Source: Candidatus Krumholzibacteriales bacterium (lineage in GTDB: Bacteria > Krumholzibacteriota > Krumholzibacteriia > Krumholzibacteriales > WJIX01). From it: DNA of 64,000 nucleotides. Numbering within the stretch: position 1 is the first letter of the stretch; each line of letters opens with the position of its first letter. Both the position numbers and the translations under genes were made by a program. Location: NCBI GenBank assembly GCA_046483305.1, contig JAWODM010000004.1, positions 1-64,000 on the forward strand, written 5' to 3'. Below, one piece after another: positions 20,544-33,200 of this stretch. The notes under the pieces were generated by a model that searched no databases, had not been told where the DNA came from, and worked only from the letters and a program-made list of their open reading frames with translations.

Positions 20544-20932
20544 GTTTAAGAAGAACATTTTGCCTGTTGACAGCAGTTGTTGTTTTTTCAAGCGGATGCT
20601 GGAATTATGTGGGCCTTGGCGGGAATGAGGTATCTGGCGGCGAGGGGCCGCAGGCTACTGAAACCGGTATCAGATTTTCATTGTATTCCAGGAATGCCGA
20701 GAGTGTTGCCATAGCCGGAAACTTTAATAACTGGTCAAAGTCCGCTGACCAGCTCAGCTTTGATGAGCGAAAGGGTTTATGGGAAATAGTAATACCCCTT
20801 CCTCCCGGAGAATATGAATACAAGTTCGTGATCGATGGAAAGGAATGGATAGCGGATCCGGGGAATCCTGAAGTCACCGGGGATGGATTCGGCGGATACA
20901 ACTCCATCATCGAGGTTGAGGAGAAAGAGTAA
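20540..20932 (+). CDS. CBM48-domain lipoprotein
   Basis: SSGC lipobox; VAIAGNFNNW...LPPGEYEYKFVIDG.W..DP.NP...DGFGGYNSII. ATGA overlap with the upstream gene. Confidence 0.85.
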   Translation: MSLRRTFCLLTAVVVFSSGCWNYVGLGGNEVSGGEGPQATETGIRFSLYSRNAESVAIAGNFNNWSKSADQLSFDERKGLWEIVIPLPPGEYEYKFVIDGKEWIADPGNPEVTGDGFGGYNSIIEVEEKE

Positions 20933-21220
20933 AATCTTTCTTCATATGCTCTGTAACCAGGTTGAACAATCAGCATATTGCATTTTGCACCTATCTGTAT
21001 TATCCTTCCATTATAAGGAATTCAGGCTTAAACGCCGATACGGCTGTAACCAGTTCCTGGATATTTCACGGCACGCATCGCGACTCAGCTGCTTATTTGC
21101 ATATATGTTGTTGTTAATACAAGAAATATCGTTGAGGAACGGCTGCGGCGCGTTTAGAGGCATTATTTCTTAACTGTTCAGGAGTCTCGAATAAGATATT
21201 TCCCGTATCAGAGGTCGTTA

Positions 21221-21235
21221 TGGCATATCACTTGC
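21221..21235 (+). promoter_or_regulatory. sigma54 (RpoN) -24/-12 promoter
   Basis: TGGCATATCACTTGC: GG-N10-GC with TGGCA and TTGC boxes. Confidence 0.6.
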
Positions 21236-21250
21236 CAGATTTAAGCTGTA

Positions 21251-24200
21251 ATGAATAATATAGTTAACTATAAGCGCCGTTTAAGGACCATTCTTCTTTT
21301 CCTCTGCCTGGCCATTGTACCTTTCAGTACAGCATTTTCAGCTCAGGGAAGCGGGACAGCCTCGATTACTCCCTCAAGTGACGTAATTGCAGGTTCGGCT
21401 GGAGAATGGGCAATTACGTATACAGCGGAGGAAAGTTTCTCCACGGGCCGGATTTCAATCCTTATCCCGGATGGCTGGAGCGACCCCCAGCAGTCTGACA
21501 GCTCTTCTGAAGGTTATATCACCGTGTCAAGCCAGGGGAGCCTGGCTCCCACTCCAATCAGTATATCAGGCAAATTAATTACAATTTCAGTAGATACATT
21601 GTCGACCGGACAGACGATCACCCTGGTTTACGGATCAGACGATATCTCGGTTGGCGGAAGGGCTGTCAGCCAGACGAATGCTCAAGCCGGAGTTGAATTT
21701 ACGGTAAGTTCTCATCCCAATGGAAGTTCGCCGCAGGAGATATCTTCTTCTCCCTCTTTGAACGTGGTTGCCGGCAGTATATCAGCTCTGGTGTTTGTAA
21801 CTCCCGCGCCGGCCATAGATGCCGGTGAGATAACTCCGGTGATCAGGGTTCAGAGCGTGGATCAATACGGAAATCCATCTCCGGTTGATTCGGTTCAGAC
21901 TGTCGGCCTCACTTCAAGTTCATCCGGCGGTGAGTTTTCAATTGAAAGTGGCGCTCAATTCAGCGATACCTCAAGTGTGGTAATCGAAGCAGGCAAGGAT
22001 ACAGTTTCTTTTTACTACAGGGATACGATAACAGGTCTTAACACGATTACGGCTTCGGCTTCGGGCCAGTCCTGGGATGACGCTCAGCAGAATGTCACGG
22101 TAAATCCGGCAGCTTCTTTCCGGATAGCGGTATCGCCTCGGGATACTACACTTACCGCCGGTGAGTTCGGGCGGTATTTGATAAGGATAGAAGACGAATA
22201 CGGAAACAGCAGCCCGGTTCAATCAGATCAGGCGATACGGCTATATACTACCGGAGGGGCCTTCTATCTCCCTTCGGACCACTCCTCGTCCATATCTGAG
22301 ATAACTGTACCGGCATCGGCGAGTTCTGTAAATGTGGATTATATGAATACTGAGATGGAGAATATCCTGGGATACATGCTTATTTTTTCTGATGAGGATG
22401 GGCAGTCTCCTTCACTTGAATCGACCAGTACATCCGTTTACATAGATCCTTCCGGCCCTGATCTGGCTGTTTCAACTATAAATTCGGATAAGGCAAGCGC
22501 GACAGCAGACGGATCTGACCAGATAGCGCTGGCCGTGGAGGTCAAAGACAGTTACGGCAATCCTGTCAGCGGCTCCAGCGTGCTGTTCGAGGTCGGCGGC
22601 AGCGGCAACTCGGTGGTTCAGCCGGCGGGGGTAACCGGAACTGACGGATTGGCGGCGGGTACACTTACTTCGACGGTAGCGGAGCTCAAGACGGTCAGGG
22701 CAACCATAGACGGCAGTTACATGGCGGACAGCCTGGAAATAAACTTTACCTCAGGTTCGGTAGACCTTGCGGTATCGGCTATCAGCGCGGACAGGGATTC
22801 GGCGACAGCGGACGGATCTGACCAGGTAGCGCTGGCCGTGGAGGTCAGGGACAGTTACGGCAATCCTGTCAGTGGCTCCAGCGTGCTGTTCGAGGTCGGC
22901 GGGAGCGGCAACTCGGTGGTTCAGCCGGCGGGGGTAACCGGAACTGACGGATTGGCTACGGGTACACTCACTTCGACGGTAGCCGAGCTAAAGACAGTCA
23001 GGGCAACCATAGACGGCAGCTACATGGCGGACAGCCTGGAGATAAACTTTACCTCAGGTTCGGTAGACCTTGCGGTATCGGCTATCAGCGCGGACAGGGA
23101 TTCGGCGACAGCGGACGGATCTGACCAGGTAGCGCTTACCGTGGAGGTCAGGGACAGCGAGGGGAACCCGGTGTCCGGCTCCAGCGTGCTGTTCGCGGTC
23201 GGCGGCAGCGGCAACTCGGTGGTTCAGCCGGCGGGGGTAACCGGAACTGACGGATTGGCTACGGGCACCCTGGCATCGACAGTAGCCGAGCTAAAGACAG
23301 TCAGGGCAACCATAGACGGCAGCTACATGGCGGACAGCCTCCAGATAGAGTTCAATCCGGGGAATCTGGATCGATTTGTAATTACCAGCGACGGTTACGC
23401 GGTAGCGGGGGTGGGTGAAAATATAACTTTCGAAACTCTGGATTCAGAAGGCAACAGGATTACCGATTATAACGGAATCGTAAGTATTTATACAAATACC
23501 GTAGAGACAATTGACCGGATAGAATGGGGCATAGGAACCGGCACCGGAACGATTATATCGGAAAACGGAGATACACTGCAGTACCAGTTCGCCGATACTG
23601 ACAACGGCCAGGTTACCTTCGTCTTTAGAGATACAAAAGCTGAGTTGATAAATATCATTGCAGAATCAGGATCAGTTATTGATTCCAGCGGTGATATAAC
23701 TGTGGACCATGCCGGGCAGGACAGGGTGCTGGTTTACAGCGGAAATAATCAGAGAGCGGTGGTGGACAAACCGGTTCCGGAACCTCTGGTAGTCAGAGTG
23801 GAGGATGAATATTCCAATCCAGTGGATAATTCCCAGGTCACATTTTCCGTTATCAACGGTGGAGGTATAATTGATACCGATACCATAGCGGCTGGAATTC
23901 AGGACGGCGCCTTTACCGGTTCGGAAGGCCTCGCGGAATGTCAGTCATGGATACTCGGAACCACCAGCGGTTACAATTCTGATCTGGTTAGAGCAGAGAT
24001 AGGTTCTGGGACAATTAATTCGGTCCAGTTTGTCGCTACCTCTGATCATGATAAAGCTGATTCTATTACTCTTACACCGGCAAGCGGAGAAGTGACGGTG
24101 GGCAGCTCTACCATACTGACAGCGGAATTAAGAGACCGTTTCGCAAACCTGGTCACCGGCCAGGAGGCCTGGGTATATATCAAGGACCAGCAGGACGGTT

Positions 24201-27200
24201 TTCTTTCAGAGGATGCCGGTAATTCCAATCCGACCACAGGCCATGGCCCGGGAACCAGATCGGGCACAACCGATAGTACCGGAACAATAACAGTGATCTA
24301 TAACGCGCCCCCTTCGGCTGGATTGGTGGATATTATGGATGCTTATCATTCACTGGTTCCGGCCGAGAGTGTAACGGACGTCCAGTTTACCACGGTTGCG
24401 AGCGGTGCCACCAGGCTGGCGGTGGAGCAGATTTCTCCCGAGCCGGTGCAGGCAGGAGAAACATTCTCCTTTGTGGTGAAAGCTGAGGATAGTAACGGAA
24501 ACATAGATCCGGATAATAACAGCCACATTGTATTGACTCCGGAGACCGGAGGAGGGATAGTATTCAGCCTGACGGACTTTGGAACCGAAATAACAGAGGC
24601 GGATCTGTCAGGCGGCGAAATTACCATTTACGCAAGGGGTGAGAAGGAGGGAAACTGGAATATCCATGTAGACGCTTCCGCCCCGGTTCTCACCGCGGTT
24701 GATTTCCCGGCGGAGATAATTCCAAACAGCACCATAGCCTATTACACGATTACAGCACCCTCTGACGTTGTGGCGGGCAAGAACTTCGGTGTAGAAGTGC
24801 GGGCCAAGGATTCTTTCGCTAACTTCATTAAAGACGCCTCCAGGTATATAAGATTAAGAGCGGTAAGCGACGCGGATACCTCGGCCGCATCGAGGAGCGT
24901 TCTTTCTGTAACCGAAGGTAATATAGTTGACGGGGTGTTCTCTACCAGCGCGGTCAGCTATGATCTGGCTGAGAGGATAAGGATAGAGGTCACAGATACA
25001 ATATCCTCCATAGTCAAGTGCAGCGAAACTCTTAATATAGACCACGCCCCGGCTTTCAGTATAATTGAACTCGGCGGGGACAGCACCATGGTAACTGCCG
25101 GGGATTCGGTGCTGTTGAGAGCGGCGGTAGAGGACAGGTATGGAAACAGAGTAGATGCGGAAATCGTTTCATTTGCGGTGCTGGAAGGCGGAGGAGGAGT
25201 GGAATCGGCTCAAAGGCTGACCGGGTCGGACGGAACTGCTTCGGTAGGTTATGGAACCGGCACTTCCGCGGGAACAAACCGGGTAAGGGCGGCTATACTG
25301 GACGGTTCTCCGGAGGGGCTGGAGACCGTGATGTATGAAATAGAAACAGTCTCAGGCAATGATATAGATTATGTAGAACTTGAATATACCGGATCTACCT
25401 ATCAGGCGGGAGAAGCGATTCCCTGCAGTATAAGCGCTTATGATCAGAATGGGAACCTGGTGGCTTCGGACAGCACTACCGGGCTGATCCCGGTGTCCGA
25501 GAGAGCGGGGATGTATTTTTCGCCCGATACCGTAACTCTCGCCGGCGGGCTGGCCTCTTTCACTGCCTTCGATCCCATTGCCGGGCAGAACAGGATTTCC
25601 ATCGAATCCCTCTCCGGGGAAGTTCTTTACCCCTTTAATGATTATATCACAATAATACCGGCGTCAGCATATCAGATCACTGAAGTGAGCGGTGATACCA
25701 CAGGTGTGATATCAGGTGATGCCGTAGAGCTTAAAGCCAGGGTTATGGATAGATATGGGAATACCATAGAGGATGAGGTTGTTCGCTTCAGTATTACAAG
25801 TAACCTGGGAGGCTCTCCCTCGCTGATCGACGATACCGGTGATCCGCTGGACGGGCTGGTCCTGTCAGACGCCGGGGGCGCGGCCAGGTGCAGCCTGGTA
25901 ACCGATACCAATACCGGCCTCAATCTGGTAGAGGCTTCCATACTGGATGGCGACCCGCCTGACAGAGAAACAGTAGAGTTTTCCGTTCAGTCCTCGGCGG
26001 GGAATATATCGAGGTATGAAATATCCGTGGGTCAGCTTATCCAGGAAGCGGGGGTAAGTTTCGACGCTGAAATAGTCGGTATAGACCTGAACGGCAATAT
26101 TGCATTCAGCGACGATACCACCAGGGTAGTTCCGGGGAGCAGCGGATCGGCGGTCTTTTCCAGCGATACGTTAACTCTAACCGGCGGAGCCGCCACCGTA
26201 ACGGTGATAGACTCCATAGCGGAAAGGATTGCCCTCTCCGCAGAAACGGCGGGTGGCGGGGCGCTCAGCTACAGCGACACTCTGACTATTGTCCCCGGCG
26301 ACCCGGCTGGAAGTATTGATATGTTTTCGGTGGTTCCGGACACTATCACCGCAAACGGTATCAGCAGGAGCGCTATTACCACTGAGCCGGTCAGAGACAG
26401 TTTCGGCAATGTCGTGCAGGAGGGTTCCCAGATAACCGTAACGCCTTCTGCAGGAACTATATCCAGTGATGATTTCAACAATCTGCTTCCCGGCGTGCAG
26501 AGAGTAACCGGCGGTTCGGGAAGAGTATCGGTATTTGTGACCTCCGGAGACATTCCCTCGGATGTTCTGGTTGATTTTCAGAGTGTGGAGGGCAGCGCGC
26601 TGGGCCAGGCTCAACTGGTTTTCGCTCCCCCGCCGGACTGCCGGTACGCCGGTTTCATAGAGCCGCAATTCATAGTGCCGGGAGTGGATGCGCAGTTCAG
26701 GTGCAGAGTTGAAAATCTCAGCACTACAGGGATATACATCAATTCCTCCAGCTCTATATCATTATCAGACGGGACTCATACTTACACAGCTCAGCTGGGA
26801 GTTCCTGTATTCCTGAGCGGCCTTTCCGCGGACACTCTTACCTTCGAGCAGGCCACAGTGCCGGCAGAGTTCTATGCGGGGACCTATTCACCGGAGGTAT
26901 ACATAACCGGGACAGATATTTATTCGTCCGGCTACAGCGCAGAATTCAATGCGGGCAACAACTCGGTGGCTGTTTCAAATATTAAAATAACTGACGTAAC
27001 CCCTGAGAAAGCTGTAGTGAGCAGGGGGGACACCACAGGTATCAGCGTGACAGTGAAAAACGGGGGAGGCACTGCTGTGGTGATGGAAGATATTCAGCTT
27101 CAGTTCAGCAACGGGGATTACGGGGATGTAGGCGGATGGGCCCCCGCCCTGAATGATACTCTGTTGCCAGGGCTGATCAGGACCTATACCAGAAACGTTC

Positions 27201-30200
27201 GGGTACTTCCATTTTCGCCGATAGGACCTGATACCGTGGACGCTATCGCGCAAGCGTCAATACCGGGCGGAATTGATGTGTTTGATTATTCAGCTGATGA
27301 AAACAAGGGAGTTCTTCTTATTCAATCGGGAGCCCGTTTGTCATATATGCCGGGGACCCTTGACCCGGAAGTTGTCTCTACCGGCCAGGAGCACTCTTTC
27401 TCATTCTCGGTGGAGAACCTTGGAGAAGCCACTTTAAGTATAAAAGGCTCACAGACATATATCGAGTTTGCCGACATGACCGAAACCTTCACTGCCTTTT
27501 CAGCTTCGGACGTAGCCGTTGCCGGCCTTGAAATAACTGAGATGAGATTCTCGAGCGAACAGATACCTGCGTCAATGACGACGGGGATTTATCCTTTGAC
27601 TCTCCACGTTAATGGGAGTGAGAACGGCGCGCCGTTTGATACTTCCTTTGTAATTGCTGATTCCGTGAATGTGGTAGCACCGGCGTCGCTTCAGTATTTG
27701 GCGGGCACCCTCGATCCTGTTTCGGTGAGCAAGGGGAGTTCGGTATCATTCAGTGCGGTAATATTTAACTCCGGGGGAGCGGAGATAGATGTCGATGAGG
27801 ACAGCACTGCCATAGCCTTTGATGACGGTGTAGAATCATTCACGGCCTCATTGCAGAAGCAGCCCGCGGTTGTTCTATCGCCCGGAAACAATACTGTTTA
27901 TTTCGAATCCGAAGAAATACCGGAGGCGATGAACACCGGTGATTATGAGCCGGTAATAGTAGTCAGAGGAAATGAAAACGGAATACCTTTCGCCGGAACT
28001 GTCATTACCGGGGATACCATATCAGTTCAGAATCCTTCACAGATTGCTATTAACCGGACAGATCTGCCTGCAAGGATAACTCAGGATCAGGCTCAATGGT
28101 GGGAAGCCTTGGTAGAACTGGAGAATAACGGCGAGGCTTCGGTGAGGCTGGACAGCATAAGATGCAGGCTGTTCTCGGGCGGGAACGAAGTTACAGATGA
28201 ATATATTATAAATCAGATCGATTTTGACCCTGGCGTTGATATATTGAACGGCGGCCAGGTTGACAGTTTCAGGGTTCGCCTTGAGGATAATGGACTGAAT
28301 AACATGACTCCCGGGATGATAGTGATGGATTCTTATATATGGGGAACCGACCTTAACAGTAATAACCAGCTGGTCGCGACCACCGAAAGCGGCGGTAAGG
28401 GTGGTTTCCTGGTCGAAACCCCGGCGGTTCCGGTAGTGCGGGGTATATATACGTCGGTAGATAAAGCAACCGCTATGCAGGAACGGGACTGGACTGTGGA
28501 TGTGATATTTGAGAATGAGGGGGAGTCAGATCTGGAGTTCAGTTTTGATCCGCTCCAGAGCTATCTGGTCTTTTCAACCTCTGATGATTTCGCTCTGAAT
28601 TACCCTTCGAGTTTCGTTTCCGGAAGCACAGTGCTGCCTGGAGGAGGGGTTGATACCATGAGGGTGGAGGTGGATATTACCGGAAGTGTAAGCGGTAACT
28701 GCACAGTTAATATTGAGGCGACAGCTACTGAGATAAACAGTTCGCGAATCATCTCTCCCATTACGGCGGGGCCGTCTGAGGAAGCGGAAGTAAGTATCCA
28801 GTCACCGGCCCAGCTTACAGTTACCGGAGTCACCGCTCTTCAGGATCCGGTGACCATAGGCCAGCCGAATCAGTGGTCCATAGACCTTGACGTTGCAAAT
28901 ACCGGGGGGAGCGATATCGAGCTGGATACTTCGAATTACGATTCGACATTCGTTGATATACCGCAGGGAAGCGGTTTTGTATTTGATTTTCCCGGGGAGC
29001 TCGAAAGCGGAGGCAGATTGCTGGCCCCTTCCGAATCGGGAACCCTGCGTTTCAATGTTACCAGTACGGGCACTGTGGCTCCGGGAAGGCAGGTCCTGAC
29101 TGCCGCGGCTGCAGGCACTGAAATTAACAGTGGCGCCACCGTGTACTATGAATACGGCGAATCTGTCAGTACGGATTCTCTGACCTTCCAGCTTCCACCC
29201 GCACCATCATATGCATCCGGGAGCCTGCTTCCCTCTTCAGTAAGCAAGGGGACTGATATACAGATATCCCTGCAACTGTCGGGCGGGGGGCCGGAATATT
29301 CGACGCTCGACCTGGAAAGATCCTCAACTTACGCTTACTTCGCGGACGCGCAGGGCGATACCTTCAAAGCGGTACTTTCTCCGCTTTCAGGAACAGTGCT
29401 GGAAGGGGGATCGGTCCTGACTCTGAACTTTGAAAGCAGCAGGGTAGATACCTCCATTGAGGATGGCCTGTACGAAGTGAATCTGCATCTTCAGGGTTAT
29501 GAGAACGGGAATTATTACCAGGCGGATATTTCCACTGCCCCGGATGTCATTAATGTGGAGAAAGCTCCCAGGCTGAGTATCATCAGTATGTTGAATCCAT
29601 CCAGTGTTACCGCATCCCTGCAGCCGTCCTGGGATGTCAGGATGGTGCTTCACAATACCGGAGAGGCATCGGTGGATCTGGATCTTTCCGAGAGCGGCAG
29701 CTACCTGACTTTTAATATTCCGCCCAGCGGCGATATCACCGGTGAATATGACCTGGTGCAGCCTGAGCGCCTGGAGAGATCCGGAACCAGCATCCTGGCG
29801 GGCAACCAGGTTGACACCCTGATATTTACGGTCCAGACCACTGGCAGTACAACCGGCACCGCCATTATTAACGGGCATGTAACCGCAAGCGACGTGAACA
29901 GCGGCATTGTTCTGACCGATGACACCTTCTCCGGGGGCGGGAGTTATATTTCAGTGCAGCAGCCCGGAGAGCTTGAAATAACAGAAACATTATTGAGCCA
30001 GTCTTCGGTGACTTCGGGGCAAACCAGTCCCTGGCAGGTGGAAATCGAGCTGGTCAACACCGGCGGAGCTGCTGTGTCTCTTGTTCCTGATAGCACGTAC
30101 ATATACAGTGATTACACCCTCGATGTTCCCGCCCCTCCGGTAGAATTTAAAGAGGGAGGCACCACTCTGAGCGCCGGGGAGTCGGGCCATCTGGTATTCG

Positions 30201-33200
30201 AGGTAACTCCAACTCCGGAGGCGTCACCCGGGGTTAATCTTTCCATTTACGCCCGGGCTGGCGTGATAGAAGACAACAGGGCCTATTTCCTGTATTATGA
30301 TTCCGGGGAGCAGCAGTCGGGATTCTCGAGCATTCTATTACAGAGCGCTCCGGACCTCAGGACCGCCGCTCTTCAGAACAGGGCGGAAAGAAATCCATTC
30401 GTTAATTACGGTCAGAGGTTCCCGCTTGCCGTTTCGGTTGAGAACAGGGGGGAAGCCGCGGCCTCCGGCCTGGAAATTTCTCTTTCCGGAGACGGCGCTT
30501 CACTTATCGAGAACCCGGTACATACTATTGAAGAGATAGCGGGTATGCAGGCAGTCTACGATACTTTTTTCGTGCAGGCCTCATCTGTTTCAGGAATAGA
30601 GAACTTTGCCGCCAGCATAGGGTCAGCATTGGATACGAATTCGGGAGAGAGCCGGGTGGTAAGATATTCAGAAGCGCTGGACAGCACCGCGGCAGCCGAT
30701 ATACAGGCCCCGGGCCTGTTGGAGGTTGACCGGCTGGCCTCTTCGCAGAGCTATGTGAACGCGGGGCAGACCGTGAACTGGTACCTGAAAGCGGTGGTGG
30801 CAAACCGCGGCGAGGCCCCGGTCACGCTACTGGAGCCGGCTGCAGATGATGTTACCTTCAATATTGACATGACCGAGCTGGGAGATTACCTGGTGGTGCC
30901 GCCTGATATGTTCATGTCAGGCGCTCCCGATCTGACTCTCGCCGGGGGAGAGGCCGATTCTCTGGAGTTCGTAATATCAACCACGGGAATAGATACGGGA
31001 ACGGTAGATATAAATGTATCGGTTGACTGGGTTGACAATAATATGCCCGATTCCACGCTGGCTTCATCTGAAGGCAATTCATCCATCCTGGTGAGGGAAC
31101 CTTCGGGACTGCGGATTATATCGGTTACCAGCAGCGCGCCAAACAGCAGCAGTATACCGAACACTTCATTCGTTAACACCGGACAGGAGTTCGAAATATC
31201 CGTTGAACTGGAGAATACCGGAGGGGACGCCCTGGACAGCATAGACGTTGCGCTGGCAACAGACGGATCTTCGGTAATAACGATGGTGGACAGCAGCAGA
31301 TACCTCGCTGACGGAAGCCGGGGAAGTTTTGTTTACTCTGTGAAAGCTCCGGGACAGCAGGGGGTGGAAGTACTCACCGCCTCGATAGCGAGGGCGGTTT
31401 CTGTTAATACGGGCGAGGAAGTAGAACCGGTCCAGGCAGTGGAATCGAGCGAGAATCTGTATATCCAGCTGCCCGCAGACCTGGTATGCGCCACATCAAT
31501 AATTATGCCTCAGGGAGCTGTTGACGATACTGTTTCGGCAGGTCAGGTATTTACCCTGGAGGCCTCAGTATTCAACGACGGCCAGGCCCAGGTGGATGAT
31601 AGCGGTGAACTGAGAATAATGCTGCCGCAGGAATTCAGCCTTACAGACAGCCAGCAGCAACCGGCGATAAGGTCATTCGCTGCGGGAGAGAAAATTCAGT
31701 GGTCCATCCGGTGCCCTGTTTCTGTATCAGATTTCAGGAGCGACACAATATCGGTCGAGATATATACCCTTCCCCTCGATTTTAATACCGCTCAGCCGGC
31801 TTTCTCCAGCGTGGATGCAGATTCAATCCTGGTGACAACCGAATCGCCTGCTTCGATAACCGGGTGCGGCCTTTCCATTACTTCGCCCGACGGAGCGGTG
31901 GACGGCGTTCTTTCCACCGGTCAGAACTTTACAGTGACCGCCTCAGTGGAACCGTCGGATAATTCGTATTCCTGCTGGGCTCAGTTGAGCCTTCCGGCCG
32001 GTTATTCCTCATCCAATGAACTTTATAGAGAAATAGGCTCAGGGGACGGAACAGCAAGAACTGTTGACTGGAATCTTACCGCTCCGGTTAACCCGGATAA
32101 CACGCCGGTGACTATTGAACTTGCCACAGGAGGGGTAGACGAAAACTCCGGTTTTACATTTACAGGCTGTTCAGCCGCAGAGGCGGTTGAAACCGAGCAG
32201 GCGGCAATTCTGAATCTGGCAGCATCGATTACAGGACCGGATCAGGCCCTGGAAGGCATTCTTTCTCTCGGCTTGCCGTTCACTGTGGGCGCCAGGGTAA
32301 CTAACAAGGGGAGCGCGGGGATAGATACATCAGGCGCCAGGCTTGAGATTGAAACCCCCGCGGGTTATACGGTAACGGGACAGAGCAGTAAACCTTTCTA
32401 TCCGGGAGAGCCGGTATCCTGGAACCTGATGGCTCCGTCGGAAGTAACAAATCCTGGAAATATATATGTAAGATTCTCCGAACCGTATGCGGCCGACATT
32501 AACAGCAATTCAGAGGCGGAAGCGGATACCGCTGAGGTATCGATACCGGTAAGAACCGAAGCCGGAAAGATAAGAATGTCAAATCTGTCATCCGATTCCA
32601 TACCTCCCAGAGTAGTACCACAGGGCGCCCGGGATGTTCAGATGCTGAAGGTGGGATTCCTTAACGAGTCGGTCTACACGGTTGGGCTTGACAGTATATA
32701 TTTCAGTATTTCAGGGAAGAACGGAAATATCCTGGATGATCCATCCAGAGCGGCAGACAGTATCAGCCTGGTAACCTCATCCCGGATATTCTCGGCGGCA
32801 GTGGGCAATATCAATCCGGTTCCTGTGGCGGTTGACCACGCATTCACCATAGATTCTCTGAGCGCGGATACCGTGATGGTCTCTATGGATGTGGCGGAAA
32901 ACGGAATGACCGGACAGATAATCCTTGAGATTGCGGGTAATTCTGATGTGGTATTTTCCATCGGGCAGGGGGCTGTCCCGGTGGGAATAAGCTGGATTGA
33001 GGGAGGGGATATAGCCGGTCATTTCAGAAACAGTCCCTTCAACGTTATGAGCGGTGAGTTCAAGGAATACGCCCATAATTATCCCAATCCGTTTATGGCG
33101 GGAACGGAAAATACCAGGATTACATACCTGCTGGAGGAACCTTCCGCGGTAAGTATAAATATCTATGATTATACCGGTATTCCGGTCTGGTCCAGGCAGA

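Noticed and set aside
20883..21173. 96-aa + strand ORF before the adhesin
   Set aside because: Overlaps the CBM48 gene end and the regulatory region; atypical composition.
22460..23350. Tandem repeats considered as a CRISPR array or DGR template/variable repeat
   Set aside because: The period is 303 bp, in frame and coding, with no spacers. Differences are not adenine-specific and no reverse transcriptase or cas gene is present.
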